From Octopus sinensis (Eukaryota), in the NCBI RefSeq assembly GCF_006345805.1, contig NC_042999.1, positions 131,502,001 through 131,566,000 on the forward strand: a stretch of DNA of 64,000 bases. The letters run 5' to 3'. The translations under genes were made by a program, and so were the position numbers. Shown here one piece after another: positions 38,301 through 49,843 of this stretch (its first letter is position 1; each line of letters opens with the position of its first letter). The notes below the pieces were generated by a model. The model saw only the letters and a list, made by a program, of their open reading frames with translations. It was not told the DNA's origin and did no database searches.

Positions 38301-40949
38301 CTTTGTTGACTTGTTTCAATGTAATTGAATATGCAGCAGTCAACTATTAAGTAAATCAATAAGAAGTTTCTATTAAAAGGGTTATTGAAATTTTTGCCAA
38401 TTTATAAAATTCTCTTTCTTAGTAAACTGAACCCAATACAGTGATATATTAAGCACACAAGAATCAAAGACATGAAATATTTTGGCCTATTTCCATTTTT
38501 TTTTTATCTTAGCACTTCTGTAGTGTTCTTCAGACCTGAGTGACATTGAACACAAAATAAGATTGACCACTACCAACAACAACAACCACTAGAAGAGAAT
38601 ATGACCAAACTTTACAATACAGAACTATAAGATAGCAATGGATGGCGTGAATGTCACAAACAAATGTCAGTCAGGCAATTTGTGGAAATCATTAAAGTAG
38701 TAGTGGTAGTGGTAGTAGTAGTATAGTGGTGCTGGTAGTGGCAGTTGAAAGAAAACTGAAAATGAAACAAGTATATATATTTTTTTTTTAGATGGAGAAA
38801 AAAGACTGGAAACGAGAGGAATTATTAAATAAATATGACTGCAGCAGGTCAACATAAGAGAACAAGATGAAAATGGTGTACACAAATATTAACTGCCCTT
38901 TACAAAACAAACGGGGATAAAACACCCACCATAAGTAAATCAATTCTAAACAACAAACAAGATGGTAAGTCTTACAGACCAATACAACCGAACCTGCATT
39001 TTAATTAATACAAAAATAAAGAACCAGATAAAACGTCCGGTTCTTCACTTCCTATTTCTGGTATAATAAAATTGTTATCCTAACAAACTAGGGTAAGTTT
39101 TTGAGTACTGAAATCTAAATGCTTCCCTTCTCCCATCTGAAAGCAGAAGTGGCAGGGGGAGGGAAATTGGGGTTTTTCTCTTTGACATTCTTCTGAATAT
39201 ATTTCGTACCGGTAATATTCCATTTCAATATTGCATCCATGTTATTTATGTTCGTGTGTTTCTACGCAACAAGAATGAAATCTACAGAATATGGTATTCA
39301 ACGAAAAACGATGTTTGTCTACTTACTTAACTCATGTTAAACTTAAAAGAAACATTGTTTATTCTAAACTTTATTATTTCTTCCTAGCAGCATAAATTAC
39401 TCTTTGTCTATATTAAAATGTGGGCAATTTTTTTTTGTTTGTTTGTTTTTTGTTGTTTTTTTTTACAAAAATTGGGTTTTTGTTACAAACACGTAAAGTT
39501 CTCGATCTTGGATGAATTAAATTCTCTTTTAAAAGTTGGCTATCCTTCCTTTTGAAAATAACAATAAATGTGGTTTACAGGATTAACATTCACAAAGCAA
39601 TATTCGTTTCAAATATTGCAAGGAGATATTCAGAAGTAATCAGAGCTAGGATTGACTAAAATAACGGTATAGTGAGATCATCTAAGTGAAATTGGAGCAG
39701 TTTCAGTTTGAAGTTCAACAGTTGAATGATGACGAATTGAAATAATTAGGTGTTGATGGGAAATGTGGTCAGACAGTTTACAGCTTTTAAAGAAAAAACC
39801 CAAACATTTGTTATGAGTGCCAGCAGAAAAAAAATATTCTTTTGCAAATAATTTTCATTTTCGAGTGACTATTTTATTATAGCAATAAAAAGGAGTGGCT
39901 TGTGTGGTTAACTTATACTTCCTAGAAGTACAAAATTCAGGTGTATATCAGCACAACATAACGAGAAGTTAGTAAAGTTGAAAAGGAAAAAAGTAATGAG
40001 AAATAATAGAAATGTTGTCGATTGCTTTAGAACAGGGATGTGTGCAACAACACGCTGTGTGTAAATCCAAAGTGAATTGCCTTCAAACATGGCAATGCTG
40101 GCTTGCGGTAGGAGGTTTAGTCAGCTGTACACTAGTAAGTACAACTTTCACTAAACATTTACATTATATTGACATGAGAGAGGGAGAGTGAAGGGAAGAA
40201 AGAGGGTTGGTGGCTGCAATTAAATCTGTGAAACTTGTGAAAGAGGCTGGGTTTCTTTTTCTTTTTTTTTTTGGAGTGGTGGTGGGTGTTATAGTGAATG
40301 GCTTCAGACGTGAGTTAAACTATCAAACTTCTAAGAACATTTCATTATTTTCAATGGAGGCACAATTCTGTCTACTTCACAAATAGAGAATTTTTAAATT
40401 TATTTATTTATTTTATTTTAAGAAAAACTGTTGTGAAGAAGGGCGATGTGTTGTCCTTAAACTCTCCCAAATAGAAATTAATAAAAAGATCTAGGACGTT
40501 TCATGAAGTTACCCTCTGTCTATTGCACACATATTTATATATACACACGCATACACCCACACACACATATATGCATACACAACTCACACATAAACACACA
40601 CACTATATATGTACATATGTGTATATATATGTGTGTGTGTGTGTGTATATATATACACACACACATCCATAGAGTGCATTTGTGCGTGTGCGTAGTTAGG
40701 TTGTAAATGCTAGGCCAAATATTAATGTGTGTCATTAGTAAAAGTAGGCGTTGCAAATAAGGGAAGAGATGCACGAGACGATGGTTCGATATGTCTCAAG
40801 GACCACATTAGAGACACGAAAATATTTAATCGCCTACAAGAGAATTTCATTATAGATGTGAAGCTCTGTGAAATATGTACGAAAATGAGCAGGAAAATAT
40901 TACTTTCATACTGACATACACATTCTTCAGTTTCATTTCTATCCCATTA

Positions 40950-41262
<313 letters not shown>

Positions 41263-41738
41263 CGCACATACAATCAAGTATATGCTCTATCTCTATTTCT
41301 TTCTTCGGTGTATATGAAAATTATTTTCGGGAATTTTACAGACATTGAGTTGGAACGTCAAACAGTTTTTCTTTCTTTTCTTTGTGTGTGTGATTAGATA
41401 TATGCTGATATTTCAACATTTAGAATGAACAAGAAATAAGAAGCGTAGCACTTATTACGGCGTATAGGAAGTATTATACGACTTTCTAGAGTATCAAATG
41501 GTAACAGCTGTCTCAATTCGTCACTTTCGTGAAAGTGATCAAGTAAATAATCGGCTCTATGTAATAGGAGAGAAGTTGGGCGAAAGCATGTTGCAAAGAG
41601 TGAAACTGTTTCGGATATTAAAGAGGAACAGTTAACTCATTCTATGTTTAAATTATTAAATTATAATGAAAGATATTGACACAAAGGGGCGGAAATGTCA
41701 AAAAAAATAATAATAATAAAATAATAATAAAGACAGAC

Positions 41739-41781
<43 letters not shown>

Positions 41782-41788
41782 GATAGAC

Positions 41789-41839
<51 letters not shown>

Positions 41840-42057
41840 CAGATAGACAACTAGCTCGACAGACAAGGATGGATCGATGGGTGGATAGAGAGACAGATAA
41901 ATAGATGGATAGAGAGAGAGATGAGGAACTGGCCAGAGAGACTGATAATTGATATACTGATCGTTGACTAGACAGTTCGATAGAAAGACAGAAATAGTCA
42001 AGATACATATATATATATATATATATACATATACTGTTGGATAGATCGAAATCTTAC

Positions 42058-42128
42058 CGTCCGAGGTTCTGATCTGCTATCTGTTTGACACGTAAAAGAT
42101 TTTTCCTTAGGTTTTCCTTTTTCCACAT
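42058..42128 (-). CDS. ARHGAP17/44: First coding exon of a BAR-domain Rho GTPase-activating protein (ARHGAP17/ARHGAP44, RICH family); partial gene
   Basis: Translates MWKKENLRKNLLRVKQIADQNLG(R) and ends in a phase-2 donor CG|GTAAGA (plus-strand cttac 42053-42057). Recalled ARHGAP17/44 N-terminus is MKKQFNRMKQLANQTVG(R), also ending exon 1 in phase 2. In-frame stop upstream; A at -3. An alternative ATG at 42137 has weaker context. Not in the ORF track. Confidence 0.8.
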
Positions 42129-42900
42129 TTTCTGCATCTGTCTGTTGGGATGTCGGCTGATTTAGAGAAACATAATATTGTATGAGTAGAGAGAGCAGGA
42201 AGAGGAAGGTCAAGGTGCAGCAGTAAAGACTTAATAACTACGGACTGCTGGTGTTCTGCCTCTTCCTACCATGTTTGTCAAAAAATGATCACCGACACCG
42301 ATTATTGATGATATCAGTTATGATTATACTGATATGATATCTATGGGATATCTCATTGGACGGTCGGATATAGCATCATGTGATATATTAATGTTGTCAG
42401 GAACGATGTAGCAACGGTGGTGAGTAAGCTACTTAGATATGTCTGGTGTTAGAGTTATTATCACACAGTGTTCTAAAACTGTTACTGCGGACGACTACTA
42501 CAACTACTAATATTAGTCGAGCGGCAGAGATCTCACTTCCTTTCTCACTTTCAGAGAAATCTATGGAAGACCAAAAGTGAAAATAAAATACACTATTTAT
42601 ACATACTACGATCGATTCAAACCGCTGTACCCTCCTTCGAACAGTACGTTTCTGTTATGAAATTTTATAACAGCAAAAATGTCAAAATCCTGAACTACTC
42701 GCTTTCGGAGTTAAGTTTAACATTTGTTTGTATTATGTGGTGCGCGCGCGCGCGTGTGAGTGAGAGAACGCGAGTGTGTGTGTGTGACTGTGCGCGTGTG
42801 CAGGGCTTTCTGAAATGGAATTTACCGGGTGGCACAAGTTTCTTTTGGGTTCCCTCCCCTCCTGTGCGTGAGTGTTTGTCTTGAGTATATAAGAGAATAA
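42129..42900 (-). promoter_or_regulatory. CpG-rich promoter and 5' UTR region of the ARHGAP17/44-like gene
   Basis: CpG is retained here, unlike in the left 38 kb. A (GC)n/(GT)n tract lies at 42741-42800, directly upstream of the coding exon. TSS not determinable. Confidence 0.55.
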
Positions 42901-43452
42901 ATTGCGTATGAACGTGTGTATATGCGTATGGGTCTTAGTCAAAAACAAAGAATACTCAGCTATTAATATAGTGAAGGTGTAGAGTACATAATATAGTTTA
43001 ATGCTAAGAATTGATGACCATTACAATAAATTGTAACCTCTGATCATTAGTAACCTGTGTGTGTGTGTGTTTTAATTAGATAGGTCTGCAGGAAGGGGAT
43101 GTGCCCACAATCTTTGCAAAGCCTCTAAAACTAATGACATTCTTGCCATTAATATCCCATTTAAATTGCTGAAAGTTGACAACTGCAGGAAACATATGTG
43201 CAGGTTGGAAATTCTAGAGGGAAAACAATGTGAGGAAGAAGGATTTGACATACTGGTTAATACTAGAGGGTTGCACTCTATTTAAGCAATGAAAGAAAGA
43301 GGAATGAGTGAGCTGAGAGTACTTGAGTCACAGTAACACAAGGCCAGCCATCTCTCAGGAGCAAATACTATTGTAGAACTGATTATAAAGGCAGAAAAAG
43401 GAGACAGCATGAGACCAAAACACATCAGTGAACGACTTCATGCCATTTCTTC

Positions 43453-43541
43453 ATTTCCCTGAAGAGAAGATTACATTGTTTTACACCATTTTATTTCTTT
43501 GGAATAATATCAGTGATATCTCCGAAACATGTGTCAGAAGT
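43453..43541 (+). ncRNA. Degenerate type I hammerhead motif with long stem II
   Basis: ATTTCC-CTGAAGA (43459-65); ~13-bp imperfect stem II (43466-78/43511-23); GAAAC-ATGT-GTC; 3' stem I strand AGAAGT, with the first pair broken in a way consistent with CpG decay. Confidence 0.45.
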
Positions 43542-43624
43542 AAAAGAATTTGAACTACATCTGCGTTAAACTCCATTTATTGATTTATATATACATACAT
43601 ACATACATATATATATATACATAC

Positions 43625-44095
43625 ATCATCATCATCATCATCGTTTAACGTCCGTTTTCCGTGCTAGCACGGGTTGGACGGTTTCGACCGGGGTCTGGGG
43701 AGCTCGGGACTGCCCCAGGCTCCAGTCTAGTCTGGCAGTGTTTCTACAGCTGGATGCCCTTCCTAACGCCAACCACTCCGCGAGTGTAGTGGGTGTTTTT
43801 TACGTGCCACCTGCATATATATCATCATTATCATCATCATCATCATTTAACGTCCGCTTTCCATGCTAGCATGGGTTGGACGATTTGACTGAGATCTGGC
43901 GAACCAGACTCCAATCTGATCTGGCAGCATTTCTACAGCTGGATGCCCTTCCTAACGCCAATCACACCGAGAGTGTAGTGGGTGCTTTTACGTGCCACCG
44001 GCACGAGGGCCAGTTTGGTGATACTGGCAACGGCCACACCCAAATGGTGCTTTTTACATGCCACCTTCACAGGAGCTAGTCCAGCGGCACTGGCG
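43625..44095 (-). mobile_element. Two tandem RTE 3' ends
   Basis: (ATC)n followed by gtttaacgtcc..ccgtgctagcacgggttgg occurs twice (43625-43815, 43830-44095). Confidence 0.9.
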
Positions 44096-44209
44096 ACTAT
44101 AAGATGTTGGTCAAGAAGTGTTTAGCAATCATTGGGTATTTCAATTCTGAACCATTACATCCAATAATTGGATCTGCAATGGTGGGCAAATCACTTTTCA
44201 TCTTTTACC

Positions 44210-44455
44210 CTTACTTCCAGCTAAGCTGCTCTCTTTAACTCTATAACTTAACAAGAGGCTTTTTCTGCAGTTTCTCACACCTTTCATACAACTGTTTTTC
44301 TCTTTCTCTTGCCCCTTATTCCAATGGCTCTAAGCATTCTTCATACAGTTTAGTCAGGGAAGCCTCTACAGTCAAGCTCAATTGATAATAGCCATAGCTG
44401 TCATCTCTTCACACAGCAATCCTGCAAAAGGTTCTGATACTTGGCATTCTTCCAT
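44210..44455 (-). mobile_element. R2/Hero-type RLE C-terminal remnant
   Basis: EWKNAKYQNLLQDC..LWLLSIELDCRGFP..MLRAIGIRGK..ETAEKASC resembles the recalled Hero-clade K.KY..L...C...GW....VEVGCRGF. Confidence 0.65.
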
Positions 44456-45005
44456 TCAAATGTTTGACAACACTCTTCTTTGTAAGTGATTGTTAAGCTT
44501 GATCAGGATTACCTTTGACTGCTCAGACTACAAAACAATACAACTGGTCAACGGCACATTAGCTTGCTCTCTACATCAAATCAACGCTGTCTGAACAAGT
44601 GCACAGTATACCATGTGTCAGGTGTCAAAGTGGCAAAATGAGTTTTGTGTGTGAATAGTTATTTGTATATGTACTTTGTAAAAGTTTGTTAAGTCTGGGT
44701 TTGTATTTTTGTGTGAAAGTATTCCCTGCGTTTATCCATGCTCCATCTGTGGTATTCCCTTAACATAGGTAGAGTGGGAAGACCTAGAATTTGAGGAACT
44801 TTTATTTTGCACATATATCTATGTATCCACTCAGTGGAATCTGTCTAGTACTGGGATCTCATATTTGTTGCCGGTGAATGGTCAGTCTATTTCTTAGCGT
44901 AAGATTTGTTTGACCTATGTAATCTTCATTACACCTTTGATATTTGATAGTGTATATTAAATTCCTTGAAGAACATGTATGCATGTGTGTATATATATAT
45001 ATATA

Positions 45006-45390
45006 TCTTCTCTCTATATATAAATGGCAGTTTGTCTGTGCGTGTTTCTGTGTGTCTGTTTGCTGGTACCCTCACCCTGACCACGGCTTTCAACCGATTC
45101 TGATGAAACTTGACACACACATAGCCCAATGTCATAATTCAAAACTAACGCAGCGAAAATTTTGAAAAGTTCCCCCAGTTCTGAAAAAAATCGATAAATT
45201 CGACATGGGGTTGAGAATCAGAAACACAAACCGCAAACTGTCTAAGGGACGCAACTCCACCTTTTTTAACTAAAAAAAAATTTACCATCATTTTTTTCCA
45301 TTTTTTTGCTATTTTTTGGCTATAACTCTCTAAAAATGCTTTATAGTTATTTCCCTTACAAACCTGAGCAACGCCGGGCGATACTGCTAG
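45006..45390 (+). mobile_element. Non-autonomous Helitron
   Basis: Begins A|TC; subterminal GC-rich hairpin CCTGAGCAACGCCGGG at 45363-45378; ends CTAG|T at 45387-45391. Confidence 0.85.
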
Positions 45391-45415
45391 TATATATATG
45401 TGTGTGTGTGTGTGA

Positions 45416-45735
45416 AGGCGCATGGCTTAGTGGTTAGGGCATTTGGCTCACGATTGTAAGGTCATGAGTTCGATTCCTGGCAACGCGTCGTGTCCTTGAG
45501 CAAGACACTTTATTTCACGTTGCTCCAGTCCTCTCAGCTGGCAAAAATGAGATGTACCTGTATTTCAAAGGGCCAGCCTTGTCACACTTTGTGTCACGCT
45601 GAATTTCCCTGAGAACTACATTAGTGGTATGCGTGTCTGTGGATTGCTCAGTCACTTGCACGTTAATTTCACGAGCAAGCTGTTCTGTTGATCGTATCAG
45701 CTGGGACCCTCGTCGTCGTAACCGACGGAGTGCTC
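45416..45735 (+). mobile_element. tRNA-derived SINE family C; related heads with other tails at 7898-8218(-), 17930-18183(-), 18282-18576(-), 59960-60240(+), 44455-44640(-), 49050-49250(-)
   Basis: GGCGCATGGCTTAGTGGTTAG A box, GAGTTCGATTCC B box, GTGTCCTTGAGCAAGACACTT core-like block. Confidence 0.85.
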
Positions 45736-46089
45736 CTACATATATATATATATATATATATATCAAATGAAATACACAACCAAAAGAGATACCAATAGTT
45801 TCATGCTATTACGATATGATACTTGAACGGGCATATTTATAAAGTATGCCATGTATCTTAAAAGGTTCTGTTTATGTGTTATATATAGTTTTAAAAAAAA
45901 CAAGAACACTGGATAGTAAGAAAATTAGAAAAAACACGAAGGAAAAATGGAATGAGAAAAAAGAAACTAAATCAAGAACTAAGATCCTTGTCCTCCCTGA
46001 TTGCAGAAAGCTCATTAAATACTAGTTCAGAACAAAGTAACAGAAAATATGTCAAAGTCTGCAAGACAGCAACTCAATCCAGAGCAAGT

Positions 46090-47160
46090 GGTGCCCTCTA
46101 ATTCAATAAAAGAAACCTATCCATGCATCTATACCAGCTAAAAGTTTCAGATCTTAAATTAAGCTGTGTGTTGGAATTGTTGGATCAAAGAAGAGTGTGA
46201 GATCTTTTTGCAATGCATAAGTTGCATTCCTTAGATCCATTAACATATTGCTTTAATTTCTCTACTATTTTCCACTTAATTGCATGTGGTGTGGAGCTGC
46301 TCTTCAAATTCCATACATGGTTAGTCATCTTAATTGCATTACTTTTATCAATGTGTCGGAAAGAAGATAGGTGAGTTCACCCTCACATATCCCGATGTAA
46401 TTCTTCTTTTCAATTGATTTGTCTTTGAGTGTAGCTGTTGCTTCAGCCTCATATATGACAGAGTTTATCATATAAGCCTGGTCAAGTGGGCAAACTTCAG
46501 GGTCTCAACAGTTAGAACTGGGAGTAGACTCTTTGTGATTTTTGTGAGTTGCAATGTTCTTCATATTGGGTTGGTAACCGTATGATATTTTTACTGAGCA
46601 TCTGATAAAAAATTTTCCTTTATTTATGATTTATTGGAAAATATTTATCTAAAAGAGACAGGAATTTCTTGCCAGTGTTAGTCTTAACATTATGAGGGAA
46701 AAGAGGAGTGAACCAAATTATTTTCCTAGGTCTATTTTTTGGCGTACTTTTACAATTCATATTTTTATATAAAGAGTTGTATTATATTTTATCTTTGAAG
46801 CCGCTGTTAGCTTGGGCATTATTATAGTAGGGAGCTGCCTTATTAAATATTTGTCTAGAAGAAGATAGATTTGATATCCTATCAGATTTTTAAAGACTGT
46901 TTATGAATGTATGAGAGCTTTTCACTTAGTTTATGATATAGCTTTTAAGAGCGGGAGTTTCAATCTAGTGGAACATCTAAAAAATCAACTTTAGACAGAT
47001 CAGTAATAACAGTGATTTTGAGGCATAAATGGTTAAAGGTATCAATAAGATTTTTCTTAAATTTATCGAAGATGTAACCATCATAGCCATGTGATATTCC
47101 CAATCTATCATCTCGATATAAACCTACATCACGGAATGGGAACTTGGATCTCAGTGTATG
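46090..47160 (-). mobile_element. Penelope-like element fragment (RT C-terminus plus GIY-YIG region), decayed
   Basis: GLYRDD and VDFLDV.LD RT motifs (ORF 46960-47178). Further downstream, across frameshifts: [37 protein letters not shown] and CNLCI...LNLRSE...RFLL.N, typical of PLE proteins. Confidence 0.8.
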
Positions 47161-47217
47161 TAATATAAAGAAACCCACAAGATCACAGATGTATATATAT
47201 ATATATTATATATATAT

Positions 47218-47457
47218 ATATGAAAGAAAAAAGGTGTTCAGAATGCTGGATGGTTGTAAAAATAAATATTTATTTACATATCACATATTATTTCTTCATA
47301 TCAGCGCTTTCAACTACTCCTGTAGTTTCATCAGAAATTTCTGATGAAACTACAGGAATAGTTGAAAGCACTGATATGAAGAAATAATATGTGATATGTA
47401 AATAAATATATATTTTTACAACCATCCAGCATTCTGGACACCTTTTTCCTTTCATAT
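47218..47457. repeat. ~120-bp-arm palindrome without a loop, carrying a hammerhead-like core, adjacent to the PLE fragment
   Basis: Centre TCAGAAA|TTTCTGA at 47337/47338; about 5 mismatches between arms; CTGATGA-AACTA-CAGGAA-TAGTT-GAAA at 47341-47367. Confidence 0.85.
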
Positions 47458-47761
47458 GTATTAAATCTGTACATCACCCCCAATACTTCTAACATATATA
47501 TGTACATATGTAGATATCTATGGATGTGTGTCTTTGTGTTTGGTTGTTCTGCCAGATCAGACTGGAGCCTGGTGCAGCCTTCTGGCTTCCCAGATCCCTG
47601 GTCGAACCGTCCAACCCATGCTAGCATGGAAAACGGACGTTAAACGATGATGCTGATGATATCAGACATTAGACTGCAGCCATGCTGGGGCACTGCCTTT
47701 ATAAGAATTTTTAGTTAAATGTATCAACCCCAGTACTTATTTTTTTAAAGCTTAGTTCTTA

Positions 47762-47978
47762 CAGTAATCTCTCACCATATTGCAGTTTACCTATCGTGGT
47801 CCACCTATCATGGTCCACTTCAGTTCCTCTGTGTTGTTGTGTTGCAGTTATGATAAAATAAATATATACAAATTATAAGAATAATCAAAAAATATACAGT
47901 ACTGTTTCTACTTCACAGATTTTCACCTATCATGCGGCATTTTGGAATGTAAAACCCATGATAATCGAGGGATTACTG
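47762..47978. mobile_element. Tc1/mariner (pogo-like) MITE nested in a family B SINE (47665-48082, minus strand)
   Basis: TA-CAGTAATC.CTC ... GAGGGATTACTG-TA; the SINE sequence resumes exactly across the TA. Confidence 0.85.
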
Positions 47979-48589
47979 TATTCTATTGGTGTACTTTGCC
48001 AAACCACTAAGTTATTGGAACATTGGGACTGAACCCAGAGCCATGTGGTTGGGAAGCAAGCTTCTTACCACACAGCTGTGCTATATTCTCCTTGGGTTTA
48101 TTGGATCCTGTCAAATTGTCCAATCCATGCCAGCATGGAACATGATAATGGTGATGATGAAGATATATATATTTGTGTGCATGTGTGTACATATCCACAC
48201 ACACAGGCACATATGCATGCACATATGCACACACACAAATATATATATAAGCATTTAGTATTAAAATGGGTATCAATACAACCTTATCCAAGCTATACAT
48301 CCACCAGAAAATTTAAACTCACAACTCTGAGCTAATGAAACACTCATCAATTTTACAGTGTTACTACTGTATACAGCAATTGTTGCTATCCTGGGATAGC
48401 TACTTATAACTATGTGGACTTGTCTGTTAACGAATAGAAAATATTGGTTATGGACGCAATGCAGTACTAGCAACAGGATGCAATCTACACAGATCTCGGT
48501 ATATTGTCTGCTACATATAAGTATACATACATGAATGTAGATGCTTATAAGTATATATATATATATATATATTTTGTCCAAGATCAAAA

Positions 48590-49040
48590 ATATCAGAAAG
48601 CAGAACCAAAATCGAAGTCGATCAACATCAATGGAAATTGCAGCTGTGATACCAGTGCCGGTGACAAGTAAGCGAACCATCCGATCGTGGCCGTTGCCAG
48701 TGCCGCCCCGACTGGCCTCTGTGCCGGTGGCACGTAAAAAGCACCATCCGTTTGTGGCCGTTGCCAGCCTTGCCTGGCCCCCGTGCCGGTGGCACGTAAA
48801 AAGCACCATCCATCCGTGGCCGTTTGCCAGCTCTGTCTGGCACCTGTGCGGGTGGCATGTAAAAAGCACCCACTACACTCACGGAGTGGTTGGCGTTAGG
48901 AAGGGCATCCAGCCGTAGAAACACTGCCAGATCAGACTGGGCCTGATGCAGCCTTCCAGCTTCACAGACCTCAGTTGAACCATCCAACCCATGCTAGCAT
49001 GGAAGGCGGACGCTAAATGATGATGATGATGATGATGATA
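48590..49040 (+). mobile_element. RTE 3' UTR (three repeat units)
   Basis: Closely similar to 27270-27695. Confidence 0.9.
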
Positions 49041-49656
49041 TATATATATCAATGTATCACTGTATCAACCAGACTATCAGATGTTGCTATACACCACTTG
49101 TCACAGTGCACTTCCTTGCATTGTTGTAGCTTTTGAATGATGCCAGCCCACTGTTTAGATGGTTAGGCCAACATTCCCCCTGAATGGAAAGCCAGCCCAT
49201 CACAGGGTTACCCATATGTAGTTGAGTAGACTGGAGCAACATGAAACAAAGAATATATATAAGTATATATATATATATATAAGTGGGGTACTGGAAAGTT
49301 TCTAGCTTTAAGGGTATTGCAAAAAGGCTGATTGGGGGCCTAACCTTCTGAGTTCTTTTACAGTGCTTAGAAAAACTGAAGGACAACTGCAATAAGTGTG
49401 TGAATCTGAGAGAGGAATATGTCGAATAGAATCATAATTAATTAATTCTCCTGTATTTTCTTTTACCCAAAGCGAGGAACTTTTCATGCCCGCCCCACAT
49501 ATATATATATATATATATATGTCCAACCCATGCTAGCATGGAAAACGGATGCTAAACGATGATGATGATGATATATATATATATATATGTAGGTCCTGGG
49601 TTGAGTCGGGGTTAACCACAGTAAATAAGGTACTCAATACATAGCAGAGTAAATTA

Positions 49657-49781
49657 ATTTATTTTATAGAAGGAGCTTCTACAGGACTAGAACTGTTTCA
49701 TTCAAAAGAAATCATCAGGAGCTTCCTGATGATTTCTTTTGAATGAAACAGTTCTAGTCCTGTAGAAGCTCCTTCTATAAA

Positions 49782-49787
<6 letters not shown>
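49657..49787. repeat. Perfect inverted repeat, 64-bp arms, 3-nt loop
   Basis: 49657-49720 is the exact reverse complement of 49724-49787 (checked base by base). Confidence 0.95.
49717..49773 (+). ncRNA. Type I hammerhead ribozyme motif (PLE-type), near complete
   Basis: Stem I AGGAGCTTC (49717-25)/GAAGCTCCT (49765-73), 9 bp. Core CTGATGA 49726-32. Stem II TTC/GAA with TTTT loop and a T.T closing pair. GAAA 49745-48. Stem III ACAG/CTGT. GTA triplet ends at 49764. Confidence 0.7.

Positions 49788-49843
<56 letters not shown>

Noticed and set aside
40885-40935. Minus-strand CTGAAGA...GAAAG hammerhead-like string
   Set aside because: Stem II is weak (wobbles) and stem III mismatched; likely chance in AT-rich DNA.
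45099-45110. CTGATGA within the Helitron; also at 57638
   Set aside because: No stem II followed by GAAA.
45416-45485. tRNA-like sequence
   Set aside because: A and B boxes are present but there is no acceptor stem or cloverleaf, and the sequence continues into a SINE body; it is a SINE head.
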